From contig OY762069.1 in assembly GCA_963665095.1 (NCBI GenBank), forward strand, positions 2,656,001 to 2,720,000: 64,000 nucleotides of DNA. The letters run 5' to 3'. This document shows positions 1-10,655 of the stretch, in pieces (within the stretch, counting starts at the first letter, position 1; each line of letters begins with the position of its first letter). The stretch is from an uncultured Desulfobacter sp. GTDB lineage: Bacteria > Desulfobacterota > Desulfobacteria > Desulfobacterales > Desulfobacteraceae. The notes beneath the pieces were generated by a model, which did no database searches, had not been told where the DNA came from, and was given only the letters and a program-made list of their open reading frames with translations. Made by a program: the position numbers and the translations under genes.

Positions 1-1752
1 GGCCTTTGAGACCTGCATGGATTGAAGTTTAAAATAGGCGCCCTGTGCCTTCATCAGTTCATCATGGGTACCCTGCTCCACAATGGTCCCGTTCTTAAGC
101 ACAATAATCCGCGACGCATAATCAATGGTGGAAAGGCGGTGGGCAATGACAAATGAGGTTCGTCCCTTCATCAGGTTTTCAAGGGCCTTTTGCACCACTT
201 TTTCCGCTTCGGAATCCAGCGCTGATGTGGCCTCGTCAAGAATCAGTACCGGGGCGTTCTTCAACAAAGCCCGGGCAATGCAGATCCGCTGTTTTTCTCC
301 TCCGGAAAGCCGGGAACCCAGTTCTCCGATTACTGTATCATACCCTTTGGGAAATCCGGAGATGAAATCATGGGCAAAAGCCGCCTTTGCCGCAGCTTTA
401 ATCTGCTCGTCATCTGCATCCATATTGCCGTACCTAATGTTATCCCGCACTGTTTCATTGAACAGGATAGGCTCCTGGGTGACAATGGAAATATGGTGGC
501 GCAGGGAGGCCACGGTGAGATCCCGGACATCAATACCTGCAATGGAGACCCGTCCGCCAGAAACATCATAAAGACGTGGTATCAGATTCACCAGACTGGT
601 TTTACCGCCCCCGCTCATCCCCACCAGGGCCAGGGTCTCGCCCGGGGCAGCAGTCAGATCAATGTTTTTCAGGGCTGGTGGGTTATCAGGGCCATAGGAA
701 AAGGTCACCTTCTCAAAGGCCACCTCACACACACCTGCATCCAGAATCCGGGCGTCCGGCCTGTCCACAATATCATTGTTCTGCTCCAGCACATCAAAAA
801 TCCGTGATGCCGCAGCCACGCCCTCCTGGATGGTGTTGTTCAGGGAGGATAATTTTTTCACCGGATCATAAAGCATCATCACAGCAGTGAGAAACGAAAA
901 AAAGACCCCCGGTGTAGAGGTGCCGTTCACCACCCGCATCCCGCCGAACCAGATGATAAAGGCTATACCAAGCCCGCCTAAAAACTCCATCACCGGAGAA
1001 GAGAGCGCCCGGGTTTTCACCTTTTTCATTTCCAGACGGAACAGCTCGTTGGTTTTCTCCTTGAACCGACTGACTTCAAATCCCTGCAAATTGAATATCT
1101 TAATGATCTTGGCACCGGTAAAGGTTTCATGAAGAAACGCGGTCAAATCCGCCATGGTCTCCTGGGAGCCTGTGGAAAACCGTCTGACTCTTCTGCCAAA
1201 CACCACAATGGGATAAAAGGCAACAGGCAGAACAATAAATGCGCCCAGGGCCAGTTTCCAGTCCCGGTAAAAAATAACAAACAAAAAGGCCACAACGGAA
1301 AAACTGTCCCGGAACAGACTGATCACCGCTGTGGAGACCATGCCCTTGACAATGTTCACATCATTGGTGATCCGGGACATCAGCGTCCCTGTTTTTTCCT
1401 CATGGATAAAGGATATGGGCAGTTCCGTAATCTTCTCATACAACGTGTTCCGGAAAAAACGAATAATGCGCTCCCCCACATAGTTCATCAGGTATTCAGA
1501 CCCGTAGGACCCCGCACCTTTCAAAAAGAACACCAGAACGGCAAGTCCCGGGATGATCAGAAGCTTCTGGCTGTTCCGGGCAATAAAGATGTCGTCCAGG
1601 ACCGGTTTGACCAGCAGCGCCATGGCGCCGTTGGCACCGGCCACCACCACCATGCACAATGCCGCTAAAACAATTCGTTTCCAGTAAACAAGCACCTGCT
1701 GGATAATTTTATCCCGCCGGTTTTTTGACAAATGGGCTTTTTTAGATTTCAT
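1..1752 (-). CDS. msbA: Lipid A/LPS export ABC transporter, permease/ATP-binding (runs off the window start)
   Basis: Translated by hand from ATG at 1752 (MKSKKAHLSK...ALLVKPVLDDIF); TM domain followed by an ABC domain with LSGGEKQR and ILDEATSALD motifs; divergent from waaA. Confidence 0.85.
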   Translation of the reverse strand, partial: MKSKKAHLSKNRRDKIIQQVLVYWKRIVLAALCMVVVAGANGAMALLVKPVLDDIFIARNSQKLLIIPGLAVLVFFLKGAGSYGSEYLMNYVGERIIRFFRNTLYEKITELPISFIHEEKTGTLMSRITNDVNIVKGMVSTAVISLFRDSFSVVAFLFVIFYRDWKLALGAFIVLPVAFYPIVVFGRRVRRFSTGSQETMADLTAFLHETFTGAKIIKIFNLQGFEVSRFKEKTNELFRLEMKKVKTRALSSPVMEFLGGLGIAFIIWFGGMRVVNGTSTPGVFFSFLTAVMMLYDPVKKLSSLNNTIQEGVAAASRIFDVLEQNNDIVDRPDARILDAGVCEVAFEKVTFSYGPDNPPALKNIDLTAAPGETLALVGMSGGGKTSLVNLIPRLYDVSGGRVSIAGIDVRDLTVASLRHHISIVTQEPILFNETVRDNIRYGNMDADDEQIKAAAKAAFAHDFISGFPKGYDTVIGELGSRLSGGEKQRICIARALLKNAPVLILDEATSALDSEAEKVVQKALENLMKGRTSFVIAHRLSTIDYASRIIVLKNGTIVEQGTHDELMKAQGAYFKLQSMQVSKA

Positions 1753-1846
1753 GGGCAGACAACGTCTCTTCCTTAACTATTTTTCCAGCAAAGTGCAGGA
1801 CAAAATCTATTGTCAAGTGTTAAAAAACATGAGAGCATAGCCTCCC

Positions 1847-3157
1847 ATGACAAAGTGTGCTTTTATACCCAATTTTCTCAAACTTTACAATATCCTGTGG
1901 CAGCCGGTCCTGCCTTTTTTAAAGCGGAACCCGCAGCTTGCCGCCACTTTTGATAAAAGCACCGCACCTGTGCACCTGGGCCCGGCAGACGTATGGATTC
2001 AGGGGGCATCTGCCGGTGAAGCCTACCTTGCCGTATCCATCATCAGGGCGTTTGCACCGCAAAAACCCACAACCATACTGCTAACCGCCACAACCGATCA
2101 TGGGATGCAGATCCTTAAAAACGGCCTGGAACAGATCCCCTGTCACCCCAACGTCCGGCTTAATTTTGATGTATTCCCCTTTGATATGCCCTCTGCCATG
2201 GACCTGGCGGTAAGCCGTGTGAATCCGGCAGTTATGGTGCTGCTGGAAACAGAATTGTGGCCGGCCCATCTCCATGCCTTGAAACAAAAACAGATCCCGA
2301 TTCTGGTTATCAACGGCAGAATGTCAAAAAAAAGCGGCCGGCACTACCGGCTCACCCGGAAATTCTGGCAATGCTTTGCCCCGGACCGCATCATGGCGAT
2401 ATCTGAAGAGGATGCCCAACGGTTTTCCTGCGTGTTTCTCCATACCCGGATTCAGACCATGAACAATATTAAATTCGACCGCATGAACGGCCAGGAAAAA
2501 TCAGGCAAGCCATCAGCCCTGGCAGATCTCCTGCCGCCAGGCCTGCCCCTTTCCATTCTGGCCTCATTCCACCGCAGGGAAGAGGCGCAGATTGTTCACA
2601 TGGTCAAAATGCTCAAAACCACCCATCCCAATCAGGTCATTGCCCTGTTCCCCCGTCACATGGACCGGGTGGCCCCGGTGATAGAAAAACTGGGGAAAAA
2701 AGGGTTTACCGTACTCAAAGGGTCAGAAATATCGACACCGTTGACAGGTCCTGCCATTGTCATGTGGGACCGTTTTGGTGAACTTTGCCAGGCCTACGAA
2801 TATGCAGACGTCGTTTTTGTGGGCGGCAGCCTGGTCCCTTTGGGCGGGCAGAACTTTATGGAGCCTGCAGCGCTTGGGGTGCCCACCATCATAGGCCCGT
2901 TCTGGCAGAACTTTGCCTGGGTGGGAGAAGATATTTTTTCAACAAACGCCGTCACCCGCTGTGACACCTGGCAGCAGGCGGCCCAGACCATGTGTGGACA
3001 TCTTGCAGATCCCCGGGGGCGTCAGGCCAATCTTGAGGCGGTCAGCCAATATATTCTGGAAAAACAGGGCGGGTCACAAACGGCAGTGAACGCAATCCAG
3101 GAAGCTTTGATGGTGAAGCGCCACACGGATGCAAAAAAGTGTCATCATTCAGAATAG
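1847..3157 (+). CDS. waaA: 3-deoxy-D-manno-octulosonic acid (Kdo) transferase
   Basis: WIQGASAGE, PFD, ETELWP, NGRMS and GGSLVPLGGQNFMEPA motifs. Confidence 0.92.
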   Translation: MTKCAFIPNFLKLYNILWQPVLPFLKRNPQLAATFDKSTAPVHLGPADVWIQGASAGEAYLAVSIIRAFAPQKPTTILLTATTDHGMQILKNGLEQIPCHPNVRLNFDVFPFDMPSAMDLAVSRVNPAVMVLLETELWPAHLHALKQKQIPILVINGRMSKKSGRHYRLTRKFWQCFAPDRIMAISEEDAQRFSCVFLHTRIQTMNNIKFDRMNGQEKSGKPSALADLLPPGLPLSILASFHRREEAQIVHMVKMLKTTHPNQVIALFPRHMDRVAPVIEKLGKKGFTVLKGSEISTPLTGPAIVMWDRFGELCQAYEYADVVFVGGSLVPLGGQNFMEPAALGVPTIIGPFWQNFAWVGEDIFSTNAVTRCDTWQQAAQTMCGHLADPRGRQANLEAVSQYILEKQGGSQTAVNAIQEALMVKRHTDAKKCHHSE

Positions 3158-3179
3158 CAAACGCCCGGCACCATTCTGT

Positions 3180-3659
3180 TTAAATCCTGTATTTCATGAT
3201 CAGCACGTCAAAGGGGAGATGGTCGAACTGAAGGGTTTCAAAATCCTTGAATCCCAGATTTTGGTACCACTTTTTCAGGCGGGTATTTTCAGCAATGATA
3301 CCGATGCTGATATGCCGGATATCTCTTTGTTTTGAATATCCGATAATATGATGGACCAGTGCCGTGCCAGTCCCCCGGCTGCGGAAACCTGGCAGCACAG
3401 AAAGCCGGTTCAGATACGCGGTATGGGTATCCGGCTGCTGAAAGGCCACGCACCCCGTGGCCGTCTCTTTTTCCATGGAAAGAAAATAGCGCTGTCCCTT
3501 TTTAAAGTCATCCTGCACCCACTCAGCCGTGCAGAAGGAGGGGTGTCTGGCAGCGTTGTCCTTTGTCAGCCCGAATTCCCGTGCCACATCCCTGTTCCCT
3601 TTACTGATGATGGAGGCCAAAATCTGTGCATCATTCTCATTTGCCGTAATTATTTTCAT
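3180..3659 (-). CDS. GNAT family N-acetyltransferase
   Basis: LSVLPGFRSRGTG acetyl-CoA motif; WYQNLGF. Confidence 0.85.
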   Translation of the reverse strand: MKIITANENDAQILASIISKGNRDVAREFGLTKDNAARHPSFCTAEWVQDDFKKGQRYFLSMEKETATGCVAFQQPDTHTAYLNRLSVLPGFRSRGTGTALVHHIIGYSKQRDIRHISIGIIAENTRLKKWYQNLGFKDFETLQFDHLPFDVLIMKYRI

Positions 3660-3740
3660 TATTGCACGTCTCCAACACCTTTGTATAATAGACGATTATC
3701 TAATTTCATCCTGTTTTCCTGTCTATCTTGCCTTCAAACA

Positions 3741-4688
3741 CTATATATCCACCACCTGTACCTGCTGTTTTTTGAGGGAACGAATATGTCCCGGCAGATT
3801 ATCTATGATACTTTTCTCAAGGGCATTGATTATGGTCTCTTTCAAAAAACTGCGGTTATAAACCAGGCTGACTTCACGGGTGGGTACAGGCGCCCTGAAG
3901 GGCTTGATGCATGGCGCCGCTGTTTTCCCTTCCATTTCATCCACTGCCATCTGGGGCAGCAGGGTAAAACCGGAGTTGGCATTGACCAGTTTGATCAGGG
4001 TCTCAAGGCTGCCGCTTTCAAATCGGATATTGGGATAGACACACTGATCCTGGCTGGATGCACAGATCTTGAGCATCTGATTTCGGAAGCAATGGCCTTC
4101 GGAAAGCAGCCACAAATCACCGCAGTCCAGATCCTTCTCGCTGATCATCTCCTTTTCCATCAACGGGTGGGCAGGATTCAGATAGCAGTAGAACGCCTCA
4201 TAATAAAGATGGCGCTCAATCAGACCGTCATCGTACAAAGGGGTGACCAAAAGTCCTGCATCCAGGTCGTCATTATATAAATTTTTAATAATATCATCGG
4301 TTTTCTGCTCATGCACCACCAGATTCACAGCCGGGTATTTATCCCCGAACGCCCCGATAAAAAGGGGAATCACATAGGGCGCCAAAGTGGGGATCACGGC
4401 CAGGTCAAAATCGCCTTTGGGTTCCAGGGCCTTGGCATCTGCAACCACCTGGATTTTTTTATGTTCCCGCAGCACCACAGCAGCCTGCTCAATGATCTCC
4501 TTGCCGGCTTCCGTGACCAGGACAGGTTTCCTGGACCGGTCAAAAATCACCACGCCCAGCTCCTCTTCAAGCTTTTGAATCTGGGCGGACAAAGAGGGCT
4601 GGGACACATAACAGGCCCGGGCCGCCTTACCGAAATGGCGCTCCCGGTCCACAGCCAGCAGATATTCCAGTTGGGTTAAGGTAGACAT
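3741..4688 (-). CDS. oxyR: LysR family hydrogen-peroxide-sensing regulator (OxyR-like)
   Basis: LysR HTH (HFGKAARACYVSQPSLS), IPTLAPY, and the redox Cys pair in EGHCFRNQMLKIC. Confidence 0.8.
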   Translation of the reverse strand: MSTLTQLEYLLAVDRERHFGKAARACYVSQPSLSAQIQKLEEELGVVIFDRSRKPVLVTEAGKEIIEQAAVVLREHKKIQVVADAKALEPKGDFDLAVIPTLAPYVIPLFIGAFGDKYPAVNLVVHEQKTDDIIKNLYNDDLDAGLLVTPLYDDGLIERHLYYEAFYCYLNPAHPLMEKEMISEKDLDCGDLWLLSEGHCFRNQMLKICASSQDQCVYPNIRFESGSLETLIKLVNANSGFTLLPQMAVDEMEGKTAAPCIKPFRAPVPTREVSLVYNRSFLKETIINALEKSIIDNLPGHIRSLKKQQVQVVDI

Positions 4689-4983
4689 AATTTCCGCTTG
4701 TATCAGAATCTTTTGCGGTTTGCAAAATCAATCCGATGGTACCCTGGTGCGTCCATCGGTCCCCGGATCACTTCTTTTAAACAGGAGTTTCAAAGCAGCC
4801 CGAAGCAAATGGAGAACCAGAATAAGGCATATATATCCTGCTTATCCATCCGCAAAATAGTTCATAAACCTCTTGCATCCGGGATCAGTTCAGTCCATAA
4901 ATAATTATTCCAGAGACGGTTTTCATGGATGCCGATAACCGTTTGTAGCAATACGCTTTCTCAAGGAAGAAGGAATAAATCTA

Positions 4984-6057
4984 ATGAAACGATCTATGCT
5001 TCTGACTGTGATATTTCTGACCGTCCATTTTTCAGCATTTAACTTTTTGCCGTCCTCACATACGCTTCAAGCAGCCCCAAGTCCGGGTGTTATGCTGACC
5101 CAGTATACGGAAAAGCACCAGGGTGCTTTTACCATGCTCATTCCCAAAGGCTGGCAGGATGCCGGCGGCATGATGCCAAGCGGGGTGCAGTGGAACGTTG
5201 TGGATCTGGTGGAGAACAATATTACGTTCCGGGTGACCAGTCCCGACGGGAAATCCTTTTTCGGGTGGTATCCCCGGTTTTATTTCCAGGATCCCCAGGT
5301 GTTTGTCCAGTCCAGCGGTGGCGTACTCAATCCCCAGCCCGGCCAGGTGATGAACGGCTGCTGGGTTTACCCCTATCTTGACGTCCGCTCCTATGTGGAA
5401 TACATCGTTTTCAGGCAGTTTGCCGTCAATGAGTTTGCCAGTCCCCGGATCATTGGCAACACCCACCCGGCACCAGAACTGAAACCCCTCGCCCCCCAAA
5501 TGGCCTCACGTACCGATTACGGATATGTCAATTTTGAATGCCGGATACAGGGGACGCCCATGCTGGGCAGGATCTATTCCATCAACTATGACCTTGGGGT
5601 AATCTGGTCAACCGTGGGGACATTCGGACTTGTGGCACCCCGGGACCGGTGGGAAAACGACCAGCGGATTATGGAAATCTGTATTCGCACCTTTCGCCTG
5701 AATCCGGCCTGGGTCCGCCGGGCAACGGCCGCGGCCCGTCAAAGGGCCACCCAGTACCATAAAGTCATTCAGGATATGCAGCGCATTGACAATGAAATCA
5801 GCCAGCACCGGTCACAGACCAACAGCGATATCCAGGAAGAGTTTTATAAGGTCATTACCGAACAGATTGAGACCTTTGATCCGCAGACCGGCGATTCCCG
5901 CTACCTGCCCATGTACAACCATGCCTACACCGACGGCAGGGGCAATTACTTTTTAAAAGATGATGATGACGGCACCCTGCCCTTTGACAATGCATCTGAA
6001 TGGCGAAAATTAACCATCATCAACCGCAATGACCCCGGATACCGGCCTGCCAATTGA
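4984..6057 (+). CDS. Hypothetical exported protein
   Basis: 357-aa ORF with upstream AGGA and an N-terminal signal peptide; no family recognised. Confidence 0.75.
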   Translation: MKRSMLLTVIFLTVHFSAFNFLPSSHTLQAAPSPGVMLTQYTEKHQGAFTMLIPKGWQDAGGMMPSGVQWNVVDLVENNITFRVTSPDGKSFFGWYPRFYFQDPQVFVQSSGGVLNPQPGQVMNGCWVYPYLDVRSYVEYIVFRQFAVNEFASPRIIGNTHPAPELKPLAPQMASRTDYGYVNFECRIQGTPMLGRIYSINYDLGVIWSTVGTFGLVAPRDRWENDQRIMEICIRTFRLNPAWVRRATAAARQRATQYHKVIQDMQRIDNEISQHRSQTNSDIQEEFYKVITEQIETFDPQTGDSRYLPMYNHAYTDGRGNYFLKDDDDGTLPFDNASEWRKLTIINRNDPGYRPAN

Positions 6058-6147
6058 TGCATTGAGAGCCATACCAGATACAGGTTTTTTGTTCAGGTAC
6101 TATTTAAGCCTGTTTGCCAATTGTTCTTTTTACAAAAATTTCTCCGT

Positions 6148-7062
6148 TTAGGATTCAGAAGCCAGCAGAAAATAGATACAGATAACAACGGCTGCAAACG
6201 AAATGATCTGATACATATGAATGGTTTCGCCAAGCACGATCCAGGACAGAATCATGGTCACTCCGGGCCAGGGCGCGGTGATGGCACTGGCCACAGAAAC
6301 GCTGATGCGCTGGATGGCATAAAACCAGATCACCAGTTCCAGGTAGTAGAAAAGCCCCATACCCACGGCCCAGGGCAGTAAATCCGCCTCGAAAATACCG
6401 GCAATCCGGCCGGGTGCGGTAACCAGCTGCAGTAGGCCTAAAAAAAACATGGAGATGACTACCCTGAAGCATGTAACCTGGCCCGGGGTAATGGGTGTGG
6501 CGCAAAGTTCTTCCCGGATGAGCACATGGGCAATGCTCCACAAAAACGGGACACACAGTGCCACAAAAATCCACATTGACATGCCCCGGATCTGCCAGCT
6601 CCCGCCAGTCCCCAGATAATATAGAGCCGCGACCAGACCGGCTGTGGCCAGAATCTGCCACAATGATTTACACTGTCTGAGCATGACCATTTCAGTAAGA
6701 ACAGCAAAGAGCGGATAGGCCTGGATGGCAATTGAGGCATTCGCGGTTCCGGCCTGCTTAAGGGAGAGAATATAGCACCAGGTGGCCAGCCCAAACAGGA
6801 TCCCGGTAAGGATCGTAATCCACCAGACCCGCGTTTTCACTGACGCTGGCAGGCCTGGCTGAAAAATGCCCTTGTCCCCCAGACGCAACTGAACAACGAA
6901 AAGGGGCAATGCAAAAAGCGCCTGCCAAAATGAGACAGCCAAAGCAAATCCAAGGGCGTCCGACGCTTCGGGCCGACTGTTGGAGAGGACCGGCATCACA
7001 CCGAGAATAATCAGACAAATAAAGGGCAGCAGCAACCGGGAACAAGATTTTTCCGCATTCAT
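6148..7062 (-). CDS. DMT/EamA family transporter
   Basis: About 10 hydrophobic segments in two repeats; divergent from a MocR regulator. Confidence 0.8.
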   Translation of the reverse strand: MNAEKSCSRLLLPFICLIILGVMPVLSNSRPEASDALGFALAVSFWQALFALPLFVVQLRLGDKGIFQPGLPASVKTRVWWITILTGILFGLATWCYILSLKQAGTANASIAIQAYPLFAVLTEMVMLRQCKSLWQILATAGLVAALYYLGTGGSWQIRGMSMWIFVALCVPFLWSIAHVLIREELCATPITPGQVTCFRVVISMFFLGLLQLVTAPGRIAGIFEADLLPWAVGMGLFYYLELVIWFYAIQRISVSVASAITAPWPGVTMILSWIVLGETIHMYQIISFAAVVICIYFLLASES

Positions 7063-7096
7063 TAAACAGGTCCTTTAATATAAATCAATTGATATT

Positions 7097-7170
7097 ATTG
7101 CATCAGTTCAATAATATAATTGCTATGATATATTTGCTGAATCAAGAGAGATATTGCACTGATGGCAATT
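7097..7170. promoter_or_regulatory. Putative MocR operator sites in the divergent promoter
   Basis: ATTG-N8-CAAT at 7097-7112 and a similar ATTGCACTGATGGCAAT overlapping the regulator start. Confidence 0.3.
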
Positions 7171-8556
7171 TGGACGCCTGACCTGACAGATAAAACAGGA
7201 CCTAAGTACCAGCAAATCGCTGAGGCCATTACACAGGCGGTTGCAAAGGGCGAACTGCCCCCGGGGGGCCGCCTGCCTCCCCATCGCATCCTGGCCTATG
7301 AACTGGGCATATCCCCCAATACCACCAGCCGGGCCTATACCCAATGCGTTAATGCAGGGTTGCTTTGCGGAGAAACCGGTCGCGGCACCTATGTCCGTAT
7401 CATGCCGTCTCAGCCGGATCATGGCAGCCCTGCGAATTTACAACGACCGGCCGGCGGCCCCATTGATCTTTCCAGCAACCTGCCCTTTCCAGGTGCCTGC
7501 GCCGATCACCTGGCCAGGACACTCACAGATCTGGGCCGGTCACCTGGTTTACAGGTCTTCACGGATTACCAGACAGGGGCCGGTCTGCCCCATCATATAG
7601 CAGCCGGCAGGCAATGGCTGGTTGACTTAGGTGTTCCTGCCCTTCCGGAGCAGACCATTATTACCTGCGGGGCCCAGCATGGTATCATGGCCGCATTGAT
7701 GGCCGTCACCCGGCCCGGGGACGTGCTGCTCACCGAAGCCCTGACCTATGCCCCTGTTCTGGCCATGGCCGCCCGCCTATGCCTTAAAATTCGTCCCATT
7801 GCCATGGACAGGGGCCCAATTACCCCTGAATCTTTTGAAACAGCCTGCTGCAGCCATTCAGCCAGGGCTGTCTATCTGACCCCCACCATCCAGACCCCGA
7901 CCACGGCAACCATGGATCAGGACCGACGGAATGCAGTGGCTCATATTGCTGAAAAGTACGATCTCATTTTGATTGAAGATGATGTGTACGGCCCTTTGCT
8001 GCCAGAGCCTGTCCCTCCCATTAGCCGGCTGGCCCCGGAACGTACCATATACATCTCAAGCACGTCCAAATGCCTGGCCCCGGGGCTGCGGGCGGCATTC
8101 CTGCATGCGCCCCCTGCCCTGGTCCCCTCTCTTGTCCGGGCAGTGCAGCTCAGCTGCTGGATGCCACCACCGCTGATGGTGGAGGTAGCGGCCCGGTGGA
8201 TTGCCGACGGAACCGCGGACAAGCTGAAAGCGGCCCAGCACCAGGAAGCAAAGGCCCGCCAGGCCATGGCTGCAGACATTCTTTGCACCCACGCCATTCA
8301 GGCGGATCCATCCGGATTTCATGTATGGCTGAGCCTGCCGTCCCAATGGCAGACCCATGAATTCTGCCGGGCCGCATCCGACCGGGGGGTGAAACTTGCG
8401 CCCGGCACCCTGTTTGCTGTTGACGGCCGCCATGATCCCGGTGCTGTTCGCATCAGCTTAAGCCATGAACCAGACCGGCAACGGGTCATGAAGGGGCTTT
8501 CCATTATTCAGGACCTTCTGCAGGCAGCCGGCCCTGAACAAAGCCTGATACTATAG
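7162..8556 (+). CDS. MocR/GabR-type GntR regulator with PLP-dependent aminotransferase domain
   Basis: GntR wHTH (LPPGGRLPPHR...GRGTYV), then IEDDVY and STSKCLAPGLR. Confidence 0.92.
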   Translation: MAIWTPDLTDKTGPKYQQIAEAITQAVAKGELPPGGRLPPHRILAYELGISPNTTSRAYTQCVNAGLLCGETGRGTYVRIMPSQPDHGSPANLQRPAGGPIDLSSNLPFPGACADHLARTLTDLGRSPGLQVFTDYQTGAGLPHHIAAGRQWLVDLGVPALPEQTIITCGAQHGIMAALMAVTRPGDVLLTEALTYAPVLAMAARLCLKIRPIAMDRGPITPESFETACCSHSARAVYLTPTIQTPTTATMDQDRRNAVAHIAEKYDLILIEDDVYGPLLPEPVPPISRLAPERTIYISSTSKCLAPGLRAAFLHAPPALVPSLVRAVQLSCWMPPPLMVEVAARWIADGTADKLKAAQHQEAKARQAMAADILCTHAIQADPSGFHVWLSLPSQWQTHEFCRAASDRGVKLAPGTLFAVDGRHDPGAVRISLSHEPDRQRVMKGLSIIQDLLQAAGPEQSLIL

Positions 8557-8789
8557 AGTTGCCAAGAGTGGATAAAAACAGGGGTCAAATCCACCAGAAT
8601 GTAAAAATGTTGGGCTGTAAAATCAAAGGCGAAATTGCCTCCATTGGTGCGGTTAAGCTGATGGACACATACGTGACCCACAGAAAAATGGTAAGGTGAA
8701 AAATTTTACGGCTGTAGCTCACTGGTGCGCCCCCCGCCAATAACCAGTTTACCAATGAGAATATCGATCACAGTATTGTAAAATAGCGG

Positions 8790-9545
8790 TTAAACCAAAA
8801 CCATGGACCATAGGAATTTGATCCCAATGAGTATCAGGACACAGCCCAGCAACCGTTTCACACTTTGGGGCTTCATCTTTTTCTGCATGACCCTGGTACC
8901 AAGATAGCCTCCGAACCAGGCCGCAAGGCCCGCAAAAGCAAGAATTTTTACGGACACCGATCCCATGGCCGCATAGGTGACAAAGGCTGAAAAAGATGAA
9001 AACGGCACGGAAAACGCGGTGACCATGGCCACTTTTTTGGGATTAAATCCCTGGACGATCATCAAAGGGGAGATGATACCGCCGCCACCCACCCCCAGAA
9101 GCCCTGAGACAAGCCCGGCAAGCACACCAACACCCAGAGGGCCTGCAACAGGACGATCTTCCCGGTACTGGTCGGCATATTTTGATCCCTTGAAAAATAT
9201 CATCATGGCCCCTGAAAAGAACAAAAAGCAAATAAAAGCAAAAAGCAGGGTCCGGGTGGGCAGGAAATGACCTGCCCAGGCACCCACCGGCGCCATGACT
9301 ATGGAGGCGGCAATAATCGGCAGACCTAACCTGACATCCAGCTTTTTTTCCCTGAAATTGGACCAGGTTGCCCCGAGCATGCTCACGCAGTTGACAAAAA
9401 GCCCGGTGGGACGGGCCAGGTTAAAAGGCACCCCAATCCATGACAGAACAGGAATAAGAATAACCGCCGACCCCACACCTCCCAGAGCAAAAACAAAACT
9501 TAATACAAATGAAAGCAAACTGATGATTAAAATATGAGATGTCAT
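8790..9545 (-). CDS. TSUP/TauE-SafE family sulfur-compound transporter
   Basis: GGVGSAVILIP and SGLLGVGGGGIISP repeats; multiple TM segments. Confidence 0.88.
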   Translation of the reverse strand: MTSHILIISLLSFVLSFVFALGGVGSAVILIPVLSWIGVPFNLARPTGLFVNCVSMLGATWSNFREKKLDVRLGLPIIAASIVMAPVGAWAGHFLPTRTLLFAFICFLFFSGAMMIFFKGSKYADQYREDRPVAGPLGVGVLAGLVSGLLGVGGGGIISPLMIVQGFNPKKVAMVTAFSVPFSSFSAFVTYAAMGSVSVKILAFAGLAAWFGGYLGTRVMQKKMKPQSVKRLLGCVLILIGIKFLWSMVLV

Positions 9546-9565
9546 TTTTATCTGTCCTAAATTAT

Positions 9566-9607
9566 AAAAAAAATACCGGCAGACTTAAGGTTCTATGCTG
9601 CCGGTAT
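9566..9607 (-). terminator. Intrinsic terminator-like hairpin between rhodanese and TSUP genes
   Basis: ATACCGGCAG...CTGCCGGTAT stem followed by a T-tract on the minus strand. Confidence 0.55.
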
Positions 9608-9621
9608 GCAAGTCCCTTTTT

Positions 9622-9996
9622 TTACATTTTTGATAGAGGGCCGGGCTTAAAGGCAGATGCCATATCCTCGGAAGAGGCCGTAAGCCCTTTGACCTCCTCA
9701 TACCCGTTGGCCTTGAGATACATATAGGCCAGCGCGCCTCTGAACACAGAAGAGCAAAAAGGAATAATAAATTTTTCTTTGGGTACCTCATTAAGCCTGT
9801 CAGGCAGTTCATTCATTGGAATATGCAGGGCAAAGGGAAAACAGAGGTATTTCACCTCCTCATGGGTCCGGACATCAAGGAATATGTAATGATCGTCACC
9901 AAGCACCTTGCGCATGCCGTCAATGCTCATGCTGTGTGCACCGGAACTGAAAAACTTAAAATCCATCTGTGTTACCAATGTATTCAGATCACTCAT
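9622..9996 (-). CDS. Rhodanese-like sulfurtransferase domain protein
   Basis: FLDVRTHEE, HIPMNEL and active-site loop FCSSVFRG. Confidence 0.85.
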   Translation of the reverse strand: MSDLNTLVTQMDFKFFSSGAHSMSIDGMRKVLGDDHYIFLDVRTHEEVKYLCFPFALHIPMNELPDRLNEVPKEKFIIPFCSSVFRGALAYMYLKANGYEEVKGLTASSEDMASAFKPGPLSKM

Positions 9997-10110
9997 CTCT
10001 TAAACCTCCAAAATTTCAGTTAGTATTATCAGGGAAAATTAAAACCGCATTTCCAAAAGGCTCAAACCTGTGATGATGAATGCAAGCCTTTTTGTGAAGT
10101 GACTCCGATG

Positions 10111-10641
10111 TCAAATGTCCATCTGGAACATCCCCATGTATCTATTCAGTTTGTCTTTCTGCTCAACATTTAGTTGCGGGCAGCTGTCCGCCCCTTTACC
10201 CCCTTCGGCCACTTTTGTGGCAAAAACCATGCATGTGGGTTCCCCACACGCTTTGCCACATCCGGCCTTATTGGGCAGCAGTTTAAGTATTTCAATGAAC
10301 TTGGGCCGGGGCGCACCTTCAAAACTTGGAACAATCACCCCCCTTTTTTCCCAGGCCTCGTTTATTTCGCGTTTCAGCCACGCCACGATCTTTTGAGCCT
10401 CTTGTTCGTCCTTTAACGCATTCACGGCAATTTTATTCCCGTGTACGGTGATCAGCTTGCCCTGGGCTTTGAACGTGACACTGGGGGGATCTTTAAGGTA
10501 CTCAAAACCGCCAAGCACTGAATTCAAGTAAGGCAGGGCCTCGCTGACATCCTGGTCAAGATGGGCAAAACAGTGGACACCCATGGCGCCGGGCTGACAT
10601 TTGGAATTAAATATTTCCAAGCGATATGTTTCAAGCAACAT
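10111..10641 (-). CDS. Fe-S cluster domain protein
   Basis: True start ATG at 10641 after an AAGGAG RBS (MLLETYRLEIF...); C-terminal GCGKACGEPTCMVFA...CPQL Fe-S motif. Confidence 0.8.
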   Translation of the reverse strand: MLLETYRLEIFNSKCQPGAMGVHCFAHLDQDVSEALPYLNSVLGGFEYLKDPPSVTFKAQGKLITVHGNKIAVNALKDEQEAQKIVAWLKREINEAWEKRGVIVPSFEGAPRPKFIEILKLLPNKAGCGKACGEPTCMVFATKVAEGGKGADSCPQLNVEQKDKLNRYMGMFQMDI

Positions 10642-10655
10642 ATGTTTCTCCTTGT

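Noticed and set aside
3348..4280. 310-aa plus-strand ORF and the many similar shadow ORFs in the track
   Set aside because: Antisense to well-supported genes, with no recognisable motifs
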